Assembly: GCA_037440825.1 (NCBI GenBank) | Contig: JBBITJ010000003.1 | Span: 1 to 53,732, forward strand | Length of the DNA stretch: 53,732 bases | Origin: Candidatus Micrarchaeota archaeon | GTDB taxonomy: Archaea > Micrarchaeota > Micrarchaeia > Anstonellales > Bilamarchaeaceae | Reading direction: 5' to 3' | Part shown: positions 10,167-18,431 of the stretch, one piece after another | Numbering within the stretch: position 1 is the stretch's first letter | Layout: each line of letters begins with the position of its first letter | Translations under genes and position numbers: made by a program | The notes under the pieces: generated by a model | The model's database searches: none | Told to the model about the DNA's origin: nothing | What the model saw: only the letters and a program-made list of their open reading frames with translations

Positions 10167-10175
10167 TGTGAACCT

Positions 10176-11396
10176 ATGACCCCCTGCACTGCACAACGTG
10201 GTTTCCATTCGAGTGTTCTCGACTGTCTGTTGAACGTTGCGTTCAACATCCGGCCCCCGGTTCCGGGTTTCGGTCTCGCCAGCTTCGGGAAGCTCGCGTT
10301 CGCGTTCCTGCTCCTGGCTGCCATTGCCGGCGCGCAGGGATACGATCCTAATTACAACAACCCGGAAGATCTCAGCAAGACCGTGAACGAGAATATAGAA
10401 ATAATAAAGAATTCCTCCCTGATCGCGGCCTGCACCGCAGCTCCCGGCTCGCATGATTTCCAGACTTCCGTGCTGTCCAATTCGCTCCTCGCGCTGTTCA
10501 TAATGGCGATGGTCATAGGGCTCATGTACATGGCAGGGAACTTCCTCCAGGTGCAGAGCGTGCTCGTGCTCGCGAGGCAGGAGATAAACGAGTTCCTGAT
10601 AACCGCGCTCATCGTCGTGTTCTTCACCATGATAATCTCCGCGCCCACTTATTTCGGCATAGACCTTTTCGACCAGGCAACGACTTACAGCTACAAGATG
10701 CTCTACAAGGTCGGCTCGGTCTCGTCTGTGCTGGTGAGCGCGAACATCGTCCTCAATTCCATCTACACGATCTACATACCGTTCGGGCAGATAAGGAAGG
10801 CGCTCACGATGCAGCTTGGGCCCGCGCTGCGGCCCATAATAGACGGCGTTTCGTTCTCGCTCCAGTTCCTCATCACCACCTACGGCGAATGGACGGTGTT
10901 CGTGTTCATGTTCTGCTTCATCCAGCGTTGGTTCCTGCCATTCTTCTTCCCGCTCGGCCTGATAATGCGCTCATTCCCACAGACGCGCGGAGGGGGCAAC
11001 GCCCTCATCGCATTGTCCATAGCCCTCTCCACAATCTACCCGTTCATGTTCTTCGTGGATTCCGTGATCTTCGCGAAGCAGTTCCCCGAGGACACCAGCA
11101 TAGGCGCGTATTTCGAGCAGGCGGTGCGTTCGGTGTTCGCCGCGCTCGGAATCGGAGGCGTGGCCGCGGTGTTCTTCGGCTTCTCGCTCATATTCGTCTC
11201 GCCCATACTCGTGGGCGCGCTGCTGCTCATCTCATACTTGATGTTCGACGTCGGGTGGGAAGTCCTCCACCTGGTGATGATCTTCAGCATAATCCTGCCT
11301 GTATTGAACATATTCCTCACCCTCTCGTTCACGAGGGAGATATCGAAGCTGCTCGGGACGGAAATAAGCCTGGGGGCGTTCGCAAAGCTGATATGA
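10176..11396 (+). CDS. polytopic membrane protein, paralog 4 of 6, with unusual N-terminal extension
   Basis: The only in-frame ATG is at 10176. A 38-aa extension encoded by heptad arrays precedes the signal peptide 'KLAFAFLLLAAIAGAQG'. It carries the motifs 'LMYMAGNFLQVQS' and 'IMRSFPQTRGGGNA...STIYP' and the tail 'GTEISLGAFAKLI'. Confidence 0.8.
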   Translation: MTPCTAQRGFHSSVLDCLLNVAFNIRPPVPGFGLASFGKLAFAFLLLAAIAGAQGYDPNYNNPEDLSKTVNENIEIIKNSSLIAACTAAPGSHDFQTSVLSNSLLALFIMAMVIGLMYMAGNFLQVQSVLVLARQEINEFLITALIVVFFTMIISAPTYFGIDLFDQATTYSYKMLYKVGSVSSVLVSANIVLNSIYTIYIPFGQIRKALTMQLGPALRPIIDGVSFSLQFLITTYGEWTVFVFMFCFIQRWFLPFFFPLGLIMRSFPQTRGGGNALIALSIALSTIYPFMFFVDSVIFAKQFPEDTSIGAYFEQAVRSVFAALGIGGVAAVFFGFSLIFVSPILVGALLLISYLMFDVGWEVLHLVMIFSIILPVLNIFLTLSFTREISKLLGTEISLGAFAKLI

Positions 11397-11397
11397 C

Positions 11398-12453
11398 ATG
11401 GGATTCTACCTTCCGGAATACAAGCCCTTGATGGACACGGCTGTATGCCAGCCGGGCTTCAGCGAGAGCTTCTTCTATTTCCCGGACTGGGCGTCCACGT
11501 CCCTGGTCGCCCTGCTCGCGTCTGCGTTCATCCTTGCATTCCTGTACATGTTCGCCTCTATGTTCCAGAACCAGCAGAGCGTGGCGCGCGTGAAGATAGA
11601 GCTGTACGAGCTTATAGTCACAGCCGCGATATTCGCAGTCCTCTTCATGATGCTCAACGGCATGTGCAGCATCCAGACCGGATGGATATTCCCCGGCGCA
11701 GGGCACAACTCCAAGGTGCTCGGATGGGAGGACTGGAGCGGCAAGTCCATATACTATTCCTCTTTCAACTACCTGATGGAATTCGCCGATGACACGCTGA
11801 TAGTGATGAGCTACCAGTATCTCGGCTATGCGTTCATAGACTTCTTAACGAGCATGGAGATCTCCTCCACGCCCATGGGCATAGGGGCCACGATGAAGCC
11901 AACTTCCGGGCTGGGCGCGGTGGTGAAGCCGGTGCTCAACAACGCGTTCAGCGTCGAGATCCTGTCGGTGATAACCGCGCAGGCGCAGGTATACGTGATG
12001 GACTACGGCACGTATGGCATGCTGAAATACCTTCTGCCCCTGGCGCTCATAATGCGCAGCTTCACGCTCACGCGGCGCATAGGCGGCACGATAATCTCCA
12101 TCACCATTGTTTTCCTGTTCGTCTACCCGCTGCTCGTGATACCCTCGTACATGGTCGTTAACGACTCCCTGTTCGGTAGCATATCCAAGTACCTCCAGGG
12201 CGGGCAGTATGCAGGCGTGTGGGGGGCCAGCACCTACTTCTGGGCCGTTATAGAGATGATGTTCAAGTTCCTGTGGAGCCCGGACTTCCTCTTCGGCTAC
12301 GCGCTGCTCTTCATGCCGTTCATAGCCAAGATATTCATAGGAGGCGTGTTCATGCCCCTCTTCAACACGATAATACTCACGAACACCGCCAAGTACCTGT
12401 CCAGGTCGCTTGGAGAAGAGATAGATATAACAAACCTGACCAGGATGATTTAG
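11398..12453 (+). CDS. polytopic membrane protein, paralog 5 of 6
   Basis: The start is 1 nt after the paralog 4 stop. It carries the motifs 'FLYMFASMFQNQQ' and 'IMRSFTLTRRIGGT...LFVYP' and the tail 'GEEIDITNLTRMI'. Confidence 0.8.
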   Translation: MGFYLPEYKPLMDTAVCQPGFSESFFYFPDWASTSLVALLASAFILAFLYMFASMFQNQQSVARVKIELYELIVTAAIFAVLFMMLNGMCSIQTGWIFPGAGHNSKVLGWEDWSGKSIYYSSFNYLMEFADDTLIVMSYQYLGYAFIDFLTSMEISSTPMGIGATMKPTSGLGAVVKPVLNNAFSVEILSVITAQAQVYVMDYGTYGMLKYLLPLALIMRSFTLTRRIGGTIISITIVFLFVYPLLVIPSYMVVNDSLFGSISKYLQGGQYAGVWGASTYFWAVIEMMFKFLWSPDFLFGYALLFMPFIAKIFIGGVFMPLFNTIILTNTAKYLSRSLGEEIDITNLTRMI

Positions 12454-12482
12454 CATGACGGGCGTTTACACGAGTGATTTTG

Positions 12483-13484
12483 ATGGCTGATTGGGAAGCC
12501 CTGGCGATAATGGCCGCGTTCATTGCGGTGCTGGTGTCAGCCCTGCTGCTAATGCTCTCCCGCATACTGGACTTCAAGATCCTAGAGCAGTCCGCAAAGG
12601 CAGAGCTGGTCTTCGCGGCCAGCTCTGTAATACTTGTGATATTCCTGATTGGCGCGGTGAAATACGGCACCGACATAGGAAAGACCGTGTCAGCGAGCAT
12701 GTACCTGTACTCCTACCAGCACGTCGGTGAACTCCACTTCCTGAATGCCTCTGGGCAGGAGCAGGTGCTCGACACATCGATTTTCAGCAGCCCGGACTAC
12801 ACGCTCAACGAAATCGTGATACTCTACATGCGCTCGGTGATGTACTGCGCCGAATCAGTGGGCAATTCCGCGTTCTATGTCAGCCTCGCGGCGCACCAAA
12901 TATCCTCCTTCTCGCAGGACGTGTGGATGGCGTACCCTATAAGCGCATGGGCGTGGGGCGGCATCGCGCAGGCGGCTGACAACCTCCTCAACACATTCTA
13001 CTTCATGGAGCTTGTATATCGCATACAGATATACGTGATGAGGTTCATGGACGTGTTCTCCCTGAGCTACCTGCTTCCCATAGGCATACTGATGCGCTCC
13101 TTCCCTCCCACTAGGGCAGCAGGCGCGTACGTGCTCGCGTTCACCATCGGGGTATACCTGGTTTTCCCGATCGCTTACCTAGCTGCCGTTTTCTCTTCTC
13201 CATACCCTGCGCTCTGCGCAACCCCCCAGCTTCCGGAAATCCCGCAGGGCGAGAGCTCCAAGGCCGGCATACTGAGCCAGCTCGTGATGTGGTACCGCGC
13301 CTTCGAAGGAGACCTTCTGGATTTCGTCGACAAGTTCTCTGACTTCACCAACTCGCTGCTCATAAACCTGTGCTTCTTCCCGTTCCTAGCGTTCGCGATA
13401 ATGATAACGTTCGTGCAGTCGTCCAGCGGGCTGTTCGGAGCCAACGTGAGCGAAGTCGGCCGGGGGCTGATCAAGCTTATATGA
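12483..13484 (+). CDS. polytopic membrane protein, paralog 6 of 6
   Basis: ATG at 12483 (the track uses the GTG at 12474). It carries the motif 'LMRSFPPTRAAGAY...YLVFP' and the tail 'GANVSEVGRGLIKLI'. It is followed by a hairpin (cctagc-cgca-gctagg, 13487-13502) and a T-rich stretch. Confidence 0.8.
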   Translation: MADWEALAIMAAFIAVLVSALLLMLSRILDFKILEQSAKAELVFAASSVILVIFLIGAVKYGTDIGKTVSASMYLYSYQHVGELHFLNASGQEQVLDTSIFSSPDYTLNEIVILYMRSVMYCAESVGNSAFYVSLAAHQISSFSQDVWMAYPISAWAWGGIAQAADNLLNTFYFMELVYRIQIYVMRFMDVFSLSYLLPIGILMRSFPPTRAAGAYVLAFTIGVYLVFPIAYLAAVFSSPYPALCATPQLPEIPQGESSKAGILSQLVMWYRAFEGDLLDFVDKFSDFTNSLLINLCFFPFLAFAIMITFVQSSSGLFGANVSEVGRGLIKLI

Positions 13485-13552
13485 ACCCTAGCCGCAGCTA
13501 GGAGTGCCCTGCCCCAGTTTTGTTTATAAAATTACCCTCCCTATCCATCAGC

Positions 13553-14107
13553 ATGCGCAAGTTCGTGATAGACACGAGCGTCTTCGTGAACCACCAGGCC
13601 GCGAAGGCGTTCGGTCCGAATCCCAGGAAAGCCCTCGCTGCATTCGTGAAGATCGTATCCAAAAAGAAGGACTGCGAATTCTACATGCCGGACAGCATAT
13701 TCCGCGAACTCGGAAATTTCGTCGGCAGCGAAACATCGCGGCTCGAGACGGTGGTGAAGAGGCGCTCGCCGAACGTATACGCGATATACCTTCCCGCAGC
13801 CGTGTTCTACGATTTCGTCGAGGAAGTGCGGTGCAGGATAAACAAGGGGCTGCGCATAGCCGAGGAATTCGCCAAGGACAACAAGCCGGAGAACGCCGAG
13901 AAGGTGCAGAAGCTCAGGGAGAAATACAAGGAGGCGCTCCGCACCGGAATCGTGGACAGCAAGGAGGATTTCGAGCTCGTGCTCCTGGCGAAGGAGCTGG
14001 AGGCAACGCTGGTGAGCGCAGACGAAGGAGTATTGGATTTCGCCACGAAAATAGGATGCGAGATCCTCCACGCGTCCAAACTGAAGCCAGTAGTTTCGAA
14101 GAAATAG
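13553..14107 (+). CDS. PIN-domain protein, RNA ligase partner family (MJ_0950-like)
   Basis: It starts 'MRKFVIDTSVFVN' (PIN acidic-residue pattern) and is about 184 aa. It lies tail-to-tail with a Pab1020-type RNA ligase. The ATG at 13553 is preferred over the TTG at 13520. Confidence 0.65.
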   Translation: MRKFVIDTSVFVNHQAAKAFGPNPRKALAAFVKIVSKKKDCEFYMPDSIFRELGNFVGSETSRLETVVKRRSPNVYAIYLPAAVFYDFVEEVRCRINKGLRIAEEFAKDNKPENAEKVQKLREKYKEALRTGIVDSKEDFELVLLAKELEATLVSADEGVLDFATKIGCEILHASKLKPVVSKK

Positions 14108-14111
14108 CCGC

Positions 14112-15179
14112 CTAATCCGTTATCCCCTTTCCATTCAAAAATTCCTTCAGCCTTTTCGAGCTCTTCACGTAAATCTTCCTGAACCGTATCCTAGTTCTGG
14201 TCCCTTCGTCCCGCTCGAACACGGTTTCGAGCTTCACTTCCTTGCTCATGTGCGATTTCAATTCGTCCCACACCAGCGGGTCCTTCACGGTTATCTCGAA
14301 TTCATCGTAAACGTGCCCTTCTTTCTCGAGCATCTTAAGCCCTTCCGCGAATCTCCCGTACACCGCTTTCCCGAGCTTCTTCCCGTATTCCTCCTCGCTG
14401 AGCCCGTACTCATTCACGAATATCGCTGATCTCAGGAGCCGCTGGTTGAAATGCCCTGTGGGCATGTCGAAGAGCGCCTTTATGCATATCCCTATGTCCT
14501 CTATGTCAGCGTTCGGGTTCACGTATTTCACGAGCTGCTTCCTGTCCTCGGACTTGAACACGATTCCTTCCTTCCCCTCCTTGTTCACGTTTAGCACAAG
14601 CTCCCTCAGCTTTTTAGCGTCCTTGGTTTTGTGGAATTTTCCAAGGTACGGCGCAGGTACGAGACCGTGCTTCTTCAGGAACGCGTAGCGCTCCTCAGGG
14701 GCGAGGTAGTCCTCCTTCGCGAGGTCGTAAACGTCGAAAACATAATACCTGACGTCGAAATCGCTGCGCGGGTGCGTGTAAGGCGTGTTCCCGATCATCT
14801 CCCCGCAAAGCATCATCCCCTCCACTGCCGCCCGAGGCACGAGCTCCCTCAGCTTCTCGGTGGAAAATGCGTCTATTATCCCGCCTCTGCTCAACCCGTA
14901 AATCTCCCCCCCGATCGCTGCGCAGCGCAAATTGTATCCGTCTATCTTCTCTTCCGCGTGCACGCTTTCGCTGCTTATGTTGCGCTCCAGCCCCTTCTCC
15001 AAGGTGAATATCCTCTTTATGTGCGGAAAACCCGGAAAAACGGCTCCGCCTGCCAGCACAGTCCCCCTTTCAACCCCTCCATGCGCACTCCTGAGCCGCA
15101 CGTATGAGACCGGGCCGTAGGTGCGCTTCTCGGCAGCGCCCCTCTGGATGAGCTTTTTAAGTTCGGCGTCGGAAAGCAT
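14112..15179 (-). CDS. ATP-dependent RNA ligase, Pab1020/Rnl3 family
   Basis: 355 aa. It has the nucleotidyltransferase motif I 'EEKIDGYNLR' (KxDG), and its length and organisation are typical of archaeal Rnl3. Confidence 0.75.
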   Translation of the reverse strand: MLSDAELKKLIQRGAAEKRTYGPVSYVRLRSAHGGVERGTVLAGGAVFPGFPHIKRIFTLEKGLERNISSESVHAEEKIDGYNLRCAAIGGEIYGLSRGGIIDAFSTEKLRELVPRAAVEGMMLCGEMIGNTPYTHPRSDFDVRYYVFDVYDLAKEDYLAPEERYAFLKKHGLVPAPYLGKFHKTKDAKKLRELVLNVNKEGKEGIVFKSEDRKQLVKYVNPNADIEDIGICIKALFDMPTGHFNQRLLRSAIFVNEYGLSEEEYGKKLGKAVYGRFAEGLKMLEKEGHVYDEFEITVKDPLVWDELKSHMSKEVKLETVFERDEGTRTRIRFRKIYVKSSKRLKEFLNGKGITD

Positions 15180-15234
15180 GCCATTTAAGTGGCCTATAAT
15201 CTTTTTAAAACAGTTTGCTTCATAATTTTACACT

Positions 15235-16017
15235 ATGAAGAACGTAAAAGAGGCGCAGAGAGGAACGATGCGCAGCGTGCTCCTAGCCCTCTTCATGCTT
15301 TCCATGCTCGCGGTCATATCATTCTCGCTCCAGGTCGTCTATTCGGGCAACATACGCGTGGAATCCGTGAAGGGGTACGCGATATACCAGAACGACGTCT
15401 ACAGGGACACAGGGGACACGATGATTCCCTCTATCTTCACGGTCCAGAAATACACGCTTTCAGTGAGGAATTTCGAGAACGCGAGCCGCAACGTGTCCAT
15501 TTCCGCAGATTACTCCGGCGAACTCAGGCTCGTGGATCCTGCGGCGGAGCAGGGCGCGTCCTCGCTCAGGTGGAATTTCCTGCTCGGCCCGCTCGAGGAA
15601 AGGAACCTCACGGTGCTGGGGAAGAACCTCACGCTTGGCGAACCCTCGCTCTCGCTCAACGACATCTACAGCGGCGGGGTTTCGGACAGGAAGCTTTCGC
15701 TCGACGCTGATGGGCGGGCGGAGGAGCAGGAGACGTTCGGCTACATTGTGGAAGAGCCGAGGGGCGTGCTGGACCCATTGGTGAGCGAGGAGAGGAAGCT
15801 GGACATCGTCGCGAAGTCCATGCTCACGCTTTTCGCAGGGCTGGTGGTGCTCACGCTCGCGAGCGGTTTCGCGTTCGTGTTCGGCTCGCACGAGGATTAC
15901 AGGTCCGGCCGCATAACCAGGAAGGCGAGGATACACGTGGGCGAGCTCTACCACAATGACATCGGCTCGGAAGAATTCTCCAAGTACAAGTACGAGGAGA
16001 GCGAGTTTTGGAAATAA
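15235..16017 (+). CDS. hypothetical membrane-anchored protein (N-terminal signal/anchor plus C-proximal TM helix)
   Basis: It has the hydrophobic segments 'MRSVLLALFMLSMLAVISFS' and 'MLTLFAGLVVLTLASGFAFVF', with sequons in the intervening domain. There is an alternative start at 15268. Confidence 0.6.
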   Translation: MKNVKEAQRGTMRSVLLALFMLSMLAVISFSLQVVYSGNIRVESVKGYAIYQNDVYRDTGDTMIPSIFTVQKYTLSVRNFENASRNVSISADYSGELRLVDPAAEQGASSLRWNFLLGPLEERNLTVLGKNLTLGEPSLSLNDIYSGGVSDRKLSLDADGRAEEQETFGYIVEEPRGVLDPLVSEERKLDIVAKSMLTLFAGLVVLTLASGFAFVFGSHEDYRSGRITRKARIHVGELYHNDIGSEEFSKYKYEESEFWK

Positions 16018-16036
16018 TTCTGCCAATAAGAAATAG

Positions 16037-16351
16037 CTAGACCTTCTCAGTTATCCACTTCTCCAGCTCGGCTTCTCCCATCGCGCCGGTGAAGCTGCCC
16101 ACAGCTTTCCCTCCGCTGAAGAGCATGGTGGTCGGTATGCTCATCACTCCGTATTCCTTCGCGACCTCCAATGCATTGTCCACATTGAGCTTCACGAACT
16201 TCACCTTTCCCTCGAGCTTCTTCCCCACCTTCTCGAACGCCGGAGAATAAGCCTTGCACGGCGGGCACCAGTCCGCGTAGAAATCCACTACCACGGGAAT
16301 CCTGCTGTCCAGCACCTCGCTCTTGAAATTCGAATCGTCAACTACCTCCAT
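16037..16351 (-). CDS. trxA: thioredoxin
   Basis: 104 aa with the active site 'WCPPCK'. Confidence 0.9.
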   Translation of the reverse strand: MEVVDDSNFKSEVLDSRIPVVVDFYADWCPPCKAYSPAFEKVGKKLEGKVKFVKLNVDNALEVAKEYGVMSIPTTMLFSGGKAVGSFTGAMGEAELEKWITEKV

Positions 16352-16505
16352 CCTAACACCTGGAAGGAATTGGCTGAAGAAATTTAAATTCTTTTTCCGC
16401 AGTTCCCCATGCAGTCGGCAGCGTCCCGGAATCCGTTGTACGTTATCCGCAGCCTGTAATAGTCAGTCTCCAGTTTCGAAACGCTCAACCTAAAACCCGG
16501 AACGC

Positions 16506-17774
16506 TCACTTGGGAAAATCTATCCTGTCCGCTCCCATGAGGTCGCGCAGCGCCTTGGGCACCGCCACCCCGTTCTCGTCCTGGTAATTTTCCAGTATCG
16601 CTATCAGCGTCCTTCCGACCGCGAGCCCGCTTCCGTTGAGCGTGTGCGCGAACTTCACTTCTCCGTCCTTGTCCCTGTACCTTATGTTCGCCCTCCTCGC
16701 CTGGAAGTCGGTGCAGTTGCTGCACGAAGATATCTCCCTGTACCTGTCCTGGCTCGGAATCCACACTTCTATATCGTAAGTCTTTGCGCTTGCGAACCCC
16801 ATGTCCCCTGTGCATAGCGTTATGACTCGGTAGGGCAATTCGAGCAGCTCGAGGATGTAGCACGCGTCAGCCACCATCCCTTCCAGCTCCTCGAAGCTCT
16901 TTTCCTGCGTGGAGAACTTCACCAGCTCCACCTTGTCGAACTGGTGCTGCCTTATCATGCCCTTTATGTCCTTCCCGTAAGCGCCCGCCTCCTTCCTGAA
17001 GCACGAGCTCAGCGCGGTGTATTTTTTTGGCAAATCCTTGTATTCCAGTATCTCCTGCGCGTGCAGATTGGTGAGCGGCACTTCCGCAGTCGGTATGAGC
17101 CACAAATCATCCTGCGTGCTGTACAAATCTTCCGCGAACTTGGGCAGCTGGCCAGTGCCTCTCATAATATCCGTCTTCACCAATTCGGGAACCCACACCT
17201 CTTTGTATCCGCGAGTAGTGTGCACGTTGAGCATGAAATTCGCAATCGCCCTCTCAAGCCTCGCAACTGCGCCGTAGAGCACCGTGAACCTGTGGCCGCC
17301 GAGCTTCGCGCCGCGCTCGAAATCAATCAGCCCGAGCTTTTCTCCCAGCGCATCGTGCGAAAGCACTTCCTTCGAGGTCTTTTTCGGTATGCCCCACTTG
17401 CGGAGTTCATGGTTTTGCGTCTCGTCCTTCCCCACCGGAACGCTCTTGTCCGGAATATTGGGAATCCTGAGCATGAGGTCTGCGATCTCCTTCTCGAGCT
17501 TCTCCACTTCCTCGTTGAGCGCCTTTATGCGCGCGCTCACCTCTCCGCTCCTCTTAATGTGCTGTGTAGCGTCCTGCCCCTTCTTCTTCGCCTCGGAAAT
17601 CGCGAGCCCCAGCTTGTTCCTCTCAGCGCGGAGCTCCTCCTCTTCCTTCTTGTCCTTCCTCCATATCTTGTCCATTTCAAGGAGCCGGTCCACCGCCTTG
17701 GTGTCCTGGTTCCTGTTCGCGAGCGCGGCCTTGAGCGCCTCGGGGTCGCTTCTTATGAGCTTTATGTCGAGCAT
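16506..17774 (-). CDS. serS: serine--tRNA ligase
   Basis: 422 aa with an N-terminal coiled-coil arm and a class II catalytic core ('FRKEAG', 'GSGLAVGRTL'). Confidence 0.95.
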   Translation of the reverse strand: MLDIKLIRSDPEALKAALANRNQDTKAVDRLLEMDKIWRKDKKEEEELRAERNKLGLAISEAKKKGQDATQHIKRSGEVSARIKALNEEVEKLEKEIADLMLRIPNIPDKSVPVGKDETQNHELRKWGIPKKTSKEVLSHDALGEKLGLIDFERGAKLGGHRFTVLYGAVARLERAIANFMLNVHTTRGYKEVWVPELVKTDIMRGTGQLPKFAEDLYSTQDDLWLIPTAEVPLTNLHAQEILEYKDLPKKYTALSSCFRKEAGAYGKDIKGMIRQHQFDKVELVKFSTQEKSFEELEGMVADACYILELLELPYRVITLCTGDMGFASAKTYDIEVWIPSQDRYREISSCSNCTDFQARRANIRYRDKDGEVKFAHTLNGSGLAVGRTLIAILENYQDENGVAVPKALRDLMGADRIDFPK

Positions 17775-17816
17775 GATTACACCTGGAAGTAGTTCGCATC
17801 CCGATTTTAAAAACGT

Positions 17817-18074
17817 TTAACCTATGCCTTTCGCGGCCAGTACTGCGCGTATCTTCTGGAAAGCGGTTTCGTGCCTCGATGCCTTGATGCCCTCGCTCCA
17901 GTCAGGCACAGCAGCGACCTCTATCATCCTTTTCACAGCCAGCGCCTTCTCCCTCGTCCTCTCGTCTCCAGAATCAGCAATCACTCCGAGCCCGTACATC
18001 ATGTCCCTGCATACGCTGTAAAGCGCCTTGTCCGGGCTGCGCAACCCTTCGACTAGGGATTTCAAATCGTGCAT
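17817..18074 (-). CDS. hypothetical small protein (85 aa)
   Basis: An internal ATG at 18074 lies behind an AT-rich divergent promoter. The upstream part of track ORF 17817..18995 is antisense to carA and is rejected. Confidence 0.4.
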   Translation of the reverse strand: MHDLKSLVEGLRSPDKALYSVCRDMMYGLGVIADSGDERTREKALAVKRMIEVAAVPDWSEGIKASRHETAFQKIRAVLAAKGIG

Positions 18075-18126
18075 GTTGTAATTTATGTTCAAAAGATATT
18101 TAAACCATTTGAACATAACTATATTC

Positions 18127-18393
18127 ATGGCTAAACAGACCAAAGGCACGACCGGCCAGGACAAAACGGCGTACTCGAGCTGGCTGGGGGTAGGTGGCGG
18201 CGCAACACCCAGGTTCTCTCCGGAAGCCGACAGGTTCAAGCCTGAGCCGGAAAAGCAGTGCGGCTTCATGAAGGCGATAGCTGACGCGATAAGGCGGCGA
18301 GCACGGAAGGCCTTCAGGTCGATGCGCCCGAGAAAAAAACCGTCTACACAGCCGCACGACAAGATCGAAGAGGACCCTCCTCTGGGAATATAA
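18127..18393 (+). CDS. hypothetical small basic protein (88 aa)
   Basis: The ATG lies about 25-30 nt downstream of the TATA-like 'atatttaaa'. Codon usage resembles neighbouring genes. I recognise no family. Confidence 0.3.
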   Translation: MAKQTKGTTGQDKTAYSSWLGVGGGATPRFSPEADRFKPEPEKQCGFMKAIADAIRRRARKAFRSMRPRKKPSTQPHDKIEEDPPLGI

Positions 18394-18431
18394 GTTTTAA
18401 AATTCTCTTCAGGAATTATTATTCTGATTTT

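Noticed and set aside
16384-16505. A possible micro-ORF (about 34 aa from a TTG) between serS and trxA ending 'CMGNCGKRI'.
   Set aside because: It has no ATG or SD. Its 5' part is simply the translated heptad array that follows the serS stop, so the region is more parsimoniously a non-coding spacer carrying the repeat.
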